From Octopus bimaculoides (lineage: Eukaryota), in assembly GCF_001194135.2 (NCBI RefSeq), contig NC_068981.1:42507906-42571590 (forward strand): DNA of 63,685 nt. Reading direction: 5' to 3'. Within the stretch, counting starts at the first letter, position 1, and every line of letters starts with the position of its first letter. The notes beneath the pieces are model-generated. The model was not told the DNA's origin. It ran no database searches and saw only the letters and a list, made by a program, of their open reading frames with translations. Below are positions 53,627 to 63,685 of the stretch, in pieces. The translations under genes and the position numbers were made by a program.

Positions 53627-56054
53627 TATATGCTATAGTAAGTAGTTTTATGTTTATTTAATGTATGTATATTCACAGTAGCGTAAAGTGTGACAATATC
53701 ATACAAATCTTGTTTAACAGGCTGCCGACTGGCTGACTGGTTTGCAGAGCAACTCAGAGACATGCAACTTGGCAACGGGTTGCCGCTCTCTCAACATCTT
53801 CGCCCCACTGATCATCCTATCCATACCTCCTAAAATCTTTAAACTTTTTTCTCCCCTCACATTCCATCAATATACACTCTGCCCTTTGCCTCTATCTCGC
53901 ATTTTTCACGCCTCTCCAATGCATCTCATTCACACTAACATTGTCCTCGCATGACCCTCATATCAACCAGCATTTCCTTAACATACTAACACGGTTTTCA
54001 AATAAACATACCTCATAACTCACTCCTCTTCCACACCTGCACACCTCACACACTCCTAAACTTTTCAGCCATCTAGTCTCCTTGATAGACCCGCATGCAC
54101 AAGCAGATTCACACACACGTACACATATCGACATATTCACATATGTATGCCCTCAAATATCCACTCTTCTCACGTATACACAAGCGCGCGCCCACTCACA
54201 TCACAATTCACTCACCATTTTGTTCCCCAATTATATTTTTTCGTTTTTTCCACCCGTACAAACATTAACACATTTTCTCACTCATTTACAGTCTTGTCTC
54301 CTACCTTGTCAATCCCACTTTGTATGAAAACTCTCTTTCACACTTTCCTTGCCACCAACTTTTTAGCTCCTCAACATATATATGCACACCCACAAGCATA
54401 TACATACTCACACGCACGCACCTACACTTTCTTCTTTGACCTACCCTTGTCATCCTCTTACTCCCCTTTCTCGTCAGTGTTTAGACTAAAAAAAATATTC
54501 TTTCTGCCATTTTGATTACTTTGCTATTGCACCAAATTTTCTAGGCTACGCAATCAAACTCCTGTGGTTGGTTTTCGCAGTTTTCGTTTCTCCAGACGTT
54601 TCCGTTTTCATCATCTCTGGATTCTCACTATCATTTGATTCTCAGAACTTTCTCTTTTCGTAACCTTATACAATCCTTAATTCTATTATCTGCCTATGTA
54701 AATGCATCCTCTTACTACGTTTACTTGTTTATTAGCTCCTACCTCCCGGCAATTTATACCAGTTGTGTATCTCCCCGGACTTATTATGAGTATTGTATTT
54801 TTATTTATTCTTTTACTTTATTTAGTTTTTTGAAATCAGTGTTTCGCTGTAATTATTGTTCTCTAATACTTCACTGAATTTTCTCTAAATTTCCTACAAT
54901 TTTCTTCCCCAAATTGTCTCTTAATTTTCCATCACTTTTCTCTCCCTGAACTCGTTTCTTTCTTTTCCCATTTTTTTCTTTTTTTTGTCCATTTTTTCTA
55001 TTCCTCTTCTGTGTACACTTTTTACATCACATCCCTCTTACCCCACCATGTTCTTCACTAATTCTCGTTTCTCACAGAAATAAATTTCTTTAATAAGTAT
55101 TTTATTGTAATTATTTTTTTCTCAATTTTCTTAAAGGAGAAAAACAAACAAGTGAGTTCAGGGACAGAAGAGAAGTAAGAGAAAATTGACAAAAGAGGAA
55201 ACTCTTTATTACACTTTTTCTTCGTTTGGTCATTATTTCTCATTTTTTTCCTTCTTCTCATTTTCCATTTCCTCCTTTTCGCCTCTTCCGCTTATACATT
55301 AAGTTTTATTTTGTATTCTTCTTACTCTTCTACACGCCTTACTGATTGTTTTGCTCACAGAACATTATTTTTTTTTCACGAGAGTTGTATTGCTTTTTTT
55401 CCTTCTCCCCTCCTGTTCATAACTATTCTCCACATTATGGTATCTCACGCTAATACCGTTACATACACTTTCATCATCCCCACATTTCTCCCGCCTTCCC
55501 TTTCAGTTCACACTAGTACCCGTGCCCACCTAACCATGCCCACTACTTTCTCACACACACTTAACGATTACACGTGTACTCCAGTATGCTGTTTCCTCAT
55601 TAAGACAGCACTATATTTCCATATTTGTACTCCAACACACACGCAAGCAGCGCAAATCCACACGTACAGCTCTCCTACATAAGACCACAGATACACACCT
55701 ATATGTGCACACACACCCACGCACGCACACACACACCCTCTCCCTTGCTTCTTCCTTCATAAATTCTTTCATAGAAATGCTTTCCCATTTGTCCTCTAAA
55801 CCTCGCTAGTGTGCTTTTCTTCTTCAGCCACTTTTCATCTTTCACACTCCTCCTATACTTTCTTCTATACTTTCCTTCTCATGAAAGGCTACCGTCCATA
55901 GGTTGGCGACATTTTCTCTTCCTTCTATGCATTAAACAAATACATTATTCGCTAAAACTTGTCTCTCCTGTGTTGCTTTTTTCTTTTTCCCTTTGTTCGT
56001 TACATTCACAATTTACATATATACCTACATACATGCCTACACCCACATATAAAT

Positions 56055-56098
<44 letters not shown>

Positions 56099-56119
56099 TT
56101 TGAATAGAACCCTGGAAGA

Positions 56120-56510
56120 TCTCATACCTAGACAACCAGGACCCCGCACGCATACATTTAACACTAGGTCGAAAACTAAAACTGCTAAAACAGCTAACAA
56201 CAGACATTGCCACACCCCTCCATTCTCCAAAAATATAGATACCACTCCATTCTCCAAAAACGTATATAACACTACTCATAAACATCCTAAAAAGTGGTGG
56301 ACGCTCTGTTCTGTGGTACCCCCACCTCCTCACTTAACGTTAAGAACTTAGCTAAATCTTTCTTTAAAATACTAGATTTCAACTTCACTCGTCAACATGA
56401 ATATTATTCTATCTTTAATAGATCCACCCTGAAACTATCCTATTCTGCCGCGGCCATCTTCGAATCTATCATATCTAATAAACAAAAGCTTTCTCTATTT
56501 AAGAAATGAG
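56120..56510 (+). mobile_element. Penelope-like element fragment (RT-EN linker)
   Basis: FCGTPTSSLNVKNLAKSFFKILD...YSIFNRSTLKLSYS...ESIISN matches the PLE linker WFNPP.S.NV...G..F..L...IFNR..VK.SYS. Confidence 0.8.
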
Positions 56511-56577
56511 GAATTATGTACATTATTTACATTATTTACGTTCCACGGATATTTGTGCGAGTGTGTGAATACACACA

Positions 56578-56691
<114 letters not shown>

Positions 56692-57304
56692 AATATATAT
56701 GATAATGTTAAAAGACTTGTGATCACCAAAATCACTAAACAATTAGATATAATCACAAAGATATTTATACGAGTGATACATCTATCGGACAGTCTACGGT
56801 CGTGAAGGCAGGCATTTTAGAAGAAGTTGATAAATGTGGCTTTTTTCTAATGTCCTGCTCATAGAAAGATAGATATGCATAGTTTTAGATATATTCTACC
56901 TAGAAACAATAAAAATGCAAAAAAAAAAAAACTAAAACAAAAAAAGGATCCAGTATGTTTAGGGACACCTTAGCGAGTATAATTTACTTAAAATATTGTT
57001 GCCCACAAGAAATCTACGCACACTGAATACGAAGTGGCCCAAATTTTAGATCTGCTACACGGGTACCTTTGAATAGAATGTTATTCCTAAACATAACCCT
57101 AATCCTATGTAGCAAACACCTTGAATTTATATTCATTGTAACAGATTTGGAAGAAGTGGCAGGCAAATTTAGATATTTCGGAAATAATTCCATGCAAATA
57201 TTTACAATCCAACTTAGTTCGAATATGAATTCAAATGACAACGCTAGCATATTGCTAGATATAAGCGCAGAAATGAGAAACAATTCATACAATACCCCAG
57301 TATA

Positions 57305-57452
57305 ATTTGGTTTCAAATTTTGGCACAAGGCTAGGCATTTTGGGAAGGGTGCTTGTCGATTACATCACCCCTATTATGAAACTCATACTTAATTTATCGA
57401 CCCCCGAAAGGATGTAAGACAAAGTCGACCTCCGCGGAATTTGAACCCAGGC
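57305..57452 (-). mobile_element. SINE family B, 5'-truncated
   Basis: ACTTAATTTATCGACCCCCGAAAGGATG...AAAGTCGACCTC...GAATTTGAAC on the + strand. Confidence 0.85.
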
Positions 57453-58159
57453 ATATTTGAGTATGTATTACGAACATAAACATGCCCACACAAATGTTTG
57501 GTGTCTCTGACAGGGCTCTAAATTGCCAACATCTAAAGAAGCCTATGAGTAAAACAACTATTCGTTAATACGCGGTACTCGAACAAAATAGTAGACTAGG
57601 TAGCAGAGCAATTCTAGAATATATTCCCCATCGCAGATATAATAGGTAAACACCTAACGTAGGTTTTTTTTGTGCATTATGACAGCTATTTCTTTCATGA
57701 CCATCCCGCATATACTCTTCCCTTTAGGAAAGCGGTGATAGTGATTTATTGGTGATTTTGTCTGTTGTTTTTACAAGTTGGAAGGTTTTTTTAGAGTTAC
57801 AGTGAGTGTTGCGTAGCCTGAATGTTCATGAAGCTATGTAACCATCATCATGTTCTGCTTCTTGTTCATGGTATCAAAGGAAAAAATATTCTTTCGCTCT
57901 GTATTTTCGACTATTCTGCACTTATGAATTACAGTCGTTTAGTATGTGCTTTTATTTTCCTAAGAGGCCTATTATTCAGTTAGTTATTAAACTATATCAA
58001 CGAGAGTAAATCGATTCGTCACTGTATTATTTCTGTATACACATATTCACTACAACATTTTAAGCTGATGTATTGGCAAATTGATTTACCAACGCTGACA
58101 TCTCTACGTATCTAATATATTACTATAAAAACAATGAATTTGCGTCGGTTTCGAAGACT

Positions 58160-58458
58160 CAGATGTTGTTGCTTGATCACTGAACTAGTGCTTATGTAGC
58201 TGAGCAGTTCACAGACACGAACTTTTAATGTAATTCTCAAGCGGAATTAGCGTGGCACAGTATGTGACAGGGACACACCTTCAGATTACAGAAGCAATCC
58301 TTCCGATGGGCTTTCCTACAATTTCCGTCTGCCTAATTTCACAAGGATGGGATCGACTTGCAGCAATGGTGAAAAATTCTTTCCCCTGATGCTACGCAGA
58401 GAAATCGAATTTGGGACTTCATAATAGTGAAGTGAACTTCTTAATCATTCTGCCACGC
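58160..58458 (-). mobile_element. Degenerate tRNA-derived SINE
   Basis: Segments homologous to family A (CACAGACACG, GTGTGACAGG-like) plus a decayed tRNA head. Confidence 0.55.
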
Positions 58459-58544
58459 TGTATTCCAAAACTAACAGTTAGTATTAATATAGACATAATA
58501 TAATTTGAAATTATGTGATGGTATTTAATTTTCTGGTGAATATA

Positions 58545-59420
58545 CAGTACCGCGCAAAAGCCTTCGACCACTTAAACTATTGTAAATTTCTACTAGTTGC
58601 CAATTTACAAGTGGAGGTTTCGCATTGCATTTTTTACAAATGAAATTTGGCCCTGTTGGAGTCATTTCCATACCTAATCATTATATTTTGTACTAGGGGT
58701 TCTTAATGAGATGGGGAGATGTGAGACAACCACCAAAAATGGCCGTGCTAATGTTTTCGTCGACCTCACATAAACCAATCAAGATACAGTGTTTTAAAAC
58801 AGAAAAATATTTATAATGAAAATTGATTACATAACGTTTATTTGAAGAAGATACTGTACATTGTTAATATTTCGTGTGGCTTTCCTTAGCTTTAATAACT
58901 GCTTCAATGTGCCTGGGAAAAGATGCATGCAAATCCTTTACCATTTTCACAGGTATGAGATGTCATTTGGTGTGGTTCAGCAAGATCGCGTGGATTCTTC
59001 TTACGAACTCTTCTTAGTTCTGTCCACATTTACTCGATGATATTTAAGTTAGGGTTCTGAGCTGGACAATCTTTCAATACGGTAAAACCTTCATCAGCCA
59101 GACTCTTGTGTTGCACGCGATCTGTGGCATGGAGCTCCGTCATGCTGAAAAATCTCACCTTGATCCAAGTGTGGTATCAAATTATTCTTCAACAATTGGA
59201 TGTATTTGGCACTATTCAAGTTACCATCAATTATAACCAACTTTCTTGAACCATCACTTTTTACGCATCCCCAAAGCATCAGACTCTCACCACTAAACTT
59301 CACTGTTTTTGTCGTGTAACGTGGGACGTCTCGCTTTCTAACAAGCGAGAATTTGCCAGAAGGCCCCCAGGAAATGCATTCCAAACTAGTAAATTGTAAT
59401 AATGCACAACATACAATATT
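58545..59420 (-). mobile_element. 5'-truncated Tc1 transposon
   Basis: TVKFSGESLMLWGC...IDGNLNSAKYIQLL...IFQHDGAPCHRS, and C-terminal HIEAVIKAKESHTKY. One TIR, TA-CAGTACCGCGCAAAAG, at 58545. Confidence 0.88.
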
Positions 59421-59768
59421 CATTTTCTAGAACTGTACTTTCTCTAGAAAAGTAGTAATAGCTCCTTTGGAGGACATGAGATTAGAGTTTTCATACTGTT
59501 TATAAATGAAATTGATTTTATCAAATAGATCTGATAAATAAAATATCTCACATTTAGCTGAATTTTTTTTCTTGCTTTTGCGGTTAATCTCCGAATGGAT
59601 TTTAAGCTTAGCTTACTACATGCAATCATTTGACAGTACATCCATACATATGAGACATTATTTTCGTTTCATTCTGTGGCGATAGAATAAAGCCCTAAGC
59701 CAGATATTCAATGGAATACTGCCGGCATTGCTTCTTGGTTGGAGGGGTGGAATTATGGTTTAAGCACA

Positions 59769-60567
59769 CCATATAACCCTTCATAACTTTTCTATATTTT
59801 ATAATTTTCAGAGTTTTGCGAATTTGTCTTCTATACAGGAGAATTTATAAGATTATGTAAATAAAATTTTTGTATAAAATTTAAAGGGAATTTAGCTGTT
59901 GTTTTTAGCACATCCCACAGCCATCTGATACCGTCCTCGTTTCTTTATCATTCTGATATGTATTGATGTTTCACAAGAGTGGTTTATTGCTGGAATTTAA
60001 GAAAAACGTTCTGATCTGTATTTTAAACGCTGATTAAAAAAAAAAAAATCAAAACTCGAAAGAAAGCGGAAAATTTTAGGATTTATGTGGATTTTAAAGA
60101 TTAAAAGAAAATCTATTCGTTTTCTGAACAATCGTATGAATCCCCATGCGTAGAAAACAAATTCGTAAAAATTTCCTGAAAATTCCCAAAAAACAAGAAC
60201 CATAACGACCTGCAACTTTCATTTCCACTCTTATTTGCATCTCTTTTTAAATCAAAGTTTAAAATACGGGCAGTCAGAATTTTTGGCTTAAATCCCACCC
60301 TTGGATGCATCATCATCACATTAAATGTGTTTACGAAGAGAAAAATAATGAAAAGCATGCAAACATTTCAGTGACAAAGAAACGAGGAAGGTATCATGTG
60401 ATCAAGAGACGTGCTAAAAATAACAGTTAAATCGCCCATACATCACACAAATGTTTTGTTTATTTTCTTTTTTCATAATCATATGAATTCTCGTGTTGAA
60501 GACAAATTCGCAACAATTTTTCTGAAAATTCCCCAAAATAAGAAAAATTATACGGAGGTATATGGGA
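59769..60567. mobile_element. Candidate MITE with ~110-bp imperfect TIRs
   Basis: 59769-59880 is the reverse complement of about 60455-60567 (shared GAAGACAAATTCGCAA and CTGAAAATT). An internal third copy lies at 60120-60200. Confidence 0.55.
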
Positions 60568-60891
60568 TGCTTAAACCAGAATTCCACAAACCGATTTACG
60601 TGACGATAATTAACACGAATATTAAATTTATCAGCAATGGATTAAAAAAATTGTAAATTTATTTTCTTAGAACATAAATTAAAATACCAGTTATAGAAAA
60701 TATGAAAACTTTCTTACCTTTACCCTAAAAACTGACCAGCATGGAGATCAATCTTGCGAAAATATGTCGAAGTCAACTTGTTAATAACAGAATGACTTCT
60801 TACGTGAAATGTCTCTCCCTCTCTCTCTTTCTCCCTCTCCCTCTCTCTCCTTCTCTCTCCCTCTCTCTCCTTCTCTCTCCCTCTCTCACTC

Positions 60892-60927
<36 letters not shown>

Positions 60928-61141
60928 NNNNNNNNNNNNNNNNNNNNNNNNNNNNNNNNNNNNNNNNNNNNNNNNNNNNNNNNNNNNNNNNNNNNNNNNN
61001 NNNNNNNNNNNNNNNNNNNNNNNNNNNNNNNNNNNNNNNNNNNNNNNNNNNNNNNNNNNNNNNNNNNNNNNNNNNNNNNNNNNNNNNNNNNNNNNNNNNN
61101 NNNNNNNNNNNNNNNNNNNNNNNNNNNNNNNNNNNNNNNNN

Positions 61142-61179
<38 letters not shown>

Positions 61180-62927
61180 CACACATCTTTGGGTAGCACT
61201 GACCAGCTATGCCTACCCTGTTCTTTGATGCTAAAGCCAAGTATGTGCGTGTATATGTGTTGGTATTCTTTTGTTGCTGCTGTTCTCGGCGTCATTATTT
61301 TCTCAGTATAGTTTTCTTTTCATCATATATGCTTCAAGTTATTTTTGCTTTATTTTTTCTTTATTCTTGTTTTAAAAAATAAAGTAGTATATAAATTAGG
61401 GAAGACAAGATTTGTAGCAATATTTTTCAGGGCGTTTTTTAAACAAGTTTCTTAGCCTCTGTGCAGGAATCCACATCGGAAACTTACTGGTCTAAAGCAC
61501 AATTTTTTATGACTTCTGAAAAATTATTATGGAGCCCCAATTTACTGCGTTGCATCTTGTCTTAACTTACTCTTATTCATTTCAGAACATGTAGAAACAT
61601 TTGTGAAAGAACAACTGGCTTTCAGCTGCTAATTAGGCTTCCAGAAGGGGAAATAAATATAAAATACAAAACTTATGAAAGGCAACGCAAATTATTGCTT
61701 TACTTTGTTTATTGATGTATTATTAATACTGCACGTACAATTTCCAGTTTTAGTGGATGCTAGAAGAAGCTTGAAAACCGCACACAATAAAAAGTATAAT
61801 TCTAATTTTATAGTCTAACAGTCTGGAAACATCATTGTCTCTGGCTGTCATATAAAGCAGACCTTCCTGAATATGACATGAACAACAGTATAAAAACCTA
61901 TAAAGTTGATAAGAAGCAGATGTGAAGACTAAACTTAATAAATTGTCCTCCAATGCCCTGCAGGAAATAATTTCATGAATAAGAGACAAAAAGTAGACGG
62001 AATAACATTACAAAACTACATCAATAACATCGTAACACAAAAAAGCCTGTTCTTTTCTATTTATTTTACAGGTTAAACATTTAATGACAAAGTGCATTTT
62101 TCAGCTGGAGGGAGATGCGTATGCACGCATACATGCACATTCTTTCATGAGAAACTGTAACAAATTATTCTGGGTGAACTTTTCTTTGCGAGAATAACAT
62201 ATGATGAAAATAACTTTCGATAGAAATTTAAACATGAAATATATGTTTGAGGCGTGGTTGTAGCATATGATCACATTTAACTCACAATATTATTCAAGAG
62301 TGATATGTATAGACAAAATTACACTTGTTAGATGCTTCTTAATAATAATTTAGTTTACTTTTTTTTAAATACTGATTTAAGGTGTTTGTATTTATCAGTC
62401 TAAGTTAAAGCAATCGAATACAAATAAAAATAAAACTTGCATCATAATTTCATTACCGCTGTAAGCTGTAGGGATGTACAACAACCGAACAAGTAATACA
62501 TTCCTATCACATTTGGTTACTTTGTACTTACAGTCTCAATTGTAAGTACGCCCACGTCAAGGTCGTCTGTCGTATATATAATTTTAGTTAATCTTCTGTC
62601 TTCCGGTGAACAGTTATTTAATGTCTAATTGACCAAATTTAGATCACCCACTACAACTCAGGTTTATAGTCCTACAGAATGTATGCTAAATAGATGGTGG
62701 TATCGAAACTTTCGTTATCTTCCTAATCTTATTCGTCGATTGGCGGAAAAGCTATGAAGTTTACATATTTTATCGACACAACTGACAGTTGATGACAGAG
62801 GTGGTGCTGCAGGTAGCTATTAAAAAAACTGGTCGTAGTGACGTTGTGTTAGTCACATGCTATAGGAAATTCGGCCTGGGAGGAGCTTCATTATAGGACT
62901 GCTCGATTAGGGCTGGCACATACTCAC

Positions 62928-63025
62928 CTGCATACAGATGTTGTATTATGATCAGATGTCATAAAATGACAACAATAAGAGATACGTCTACGAAGTGGTG
63001 AACCTGGTAGAAATGGCGGATACAT
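62928..63025 (-). CDS. Candidate coding exon of a minus-strand host gene
   Basis: Consensus donor CAG|GTGAGT at 62928/62927. The only frame open for more than a few codons reads MYPPFLPGSPLRRRISYCCHFMTSDHNTTSVC. Alternative acceptor at 63004/63003. Confidence 0.3.
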
Positions 63026-63429
63026 CTCCGTCAAATAATACTGTCTGCTATCTCAATAAATGAAATATATTGCAGAAAACCAAATACAGGAAACAAATAC
63101 ACGAGTATTGTAATGTCACTTTCAATACTAGTAACTTCTACTGTAACAGCAATAAGACTAGAAATGGTGATCGAATAAAAAACAACAGTGATGACAATGA
63201 CAGCGACAACAATAACAGTGCTCTGTCTCAATTCTCCATGTCAAACGATCCAAATGCAGATTGTACAAAATTGTAGAACGGTTTTTGTGTGATTTTCCTG
63301 AAGTTACGTACGAATAAACATATATCTAAATCTACATACTTCTGACACATGGATGAATATAGTTGATAATTTGATAATTAATTAACAATATTTACACACA
63401 CACACACATTCGTGAGTGTGCGCGCGCTC

Positions 63430-63590
63430 GTACGACGAGCTTTCAGTTTTCGACCAAATCCACTTACTAGGATTTGGTCAGCCCGGGTCTGTAGTAAAAG
63501 ACACTTGCGTAAGGCACAATGCAGTGGGACTGAACCCGAACCAGAAGCTTGTGTTTAGGAAGCTAACTTCTTACCACACAACCACGCTTG
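63430..63590 (-). mobile_element. tRNA-derived SINE, third family
   Basis: AAGACACTTGC...CAGTGGGACTGAACCCG...CTTCTTACCACACAACCACGC is the reverse complement of a tRNA-like head plus CORE-like box. Confidence 0.7.
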
Positions 63591-63685
63591 TCTGCGCGCG
63601 TGATGTATGTGTGTATGTGTGTTACGTGTGTACATATATATATTCTGTGTTTGTGTGTGTATACATACATACATACACATATATA

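Noticed and set aside
63070-63276. Asn/Asp-rich ORF with several N-glycosylation sequons
   Set aside because: It derives largely from decayed AAC/GAC trinucleotide repeats and has no signal peptide or TM segment.

Overview
AT-rich, microsatellite-laden animal genomic DNA with many N-gaps. The SINE families and repeat landscape resemble an octopus (coleoid cephalopod) genome; this is an inference, not database-checked. No complete protein-coding gene is recognisable, and most long ORFs in the track are microsatellite or gap artefacts. The window is mostly transposon debris: four Penelope-like (PLE) fragments, two RTE LINE fragments (one with three C-terminal C2H2 fingers), a decayed APE-LINE, three Tc1 elements, one mariner, a candidate MITE and about 18 tRNA-derived SINE copies. 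A minus-strand host gene may span it: there is a strong donor at 62928 and a candidate terminal exon at 17148-~15740 with AATAAA. The best finds are two type I hammerhead ribozyme motifs (5962-6082, 12142-12226) with unusually long, sequence-unrelated stem II extensions, a PLE GIY-YIG fragment bracketed by ~170-bp inverted arms, an alternating SINE-dimer array, a head-to-head SINE hairpin, and two in-frame stop-codon readthrough or editing candidates.
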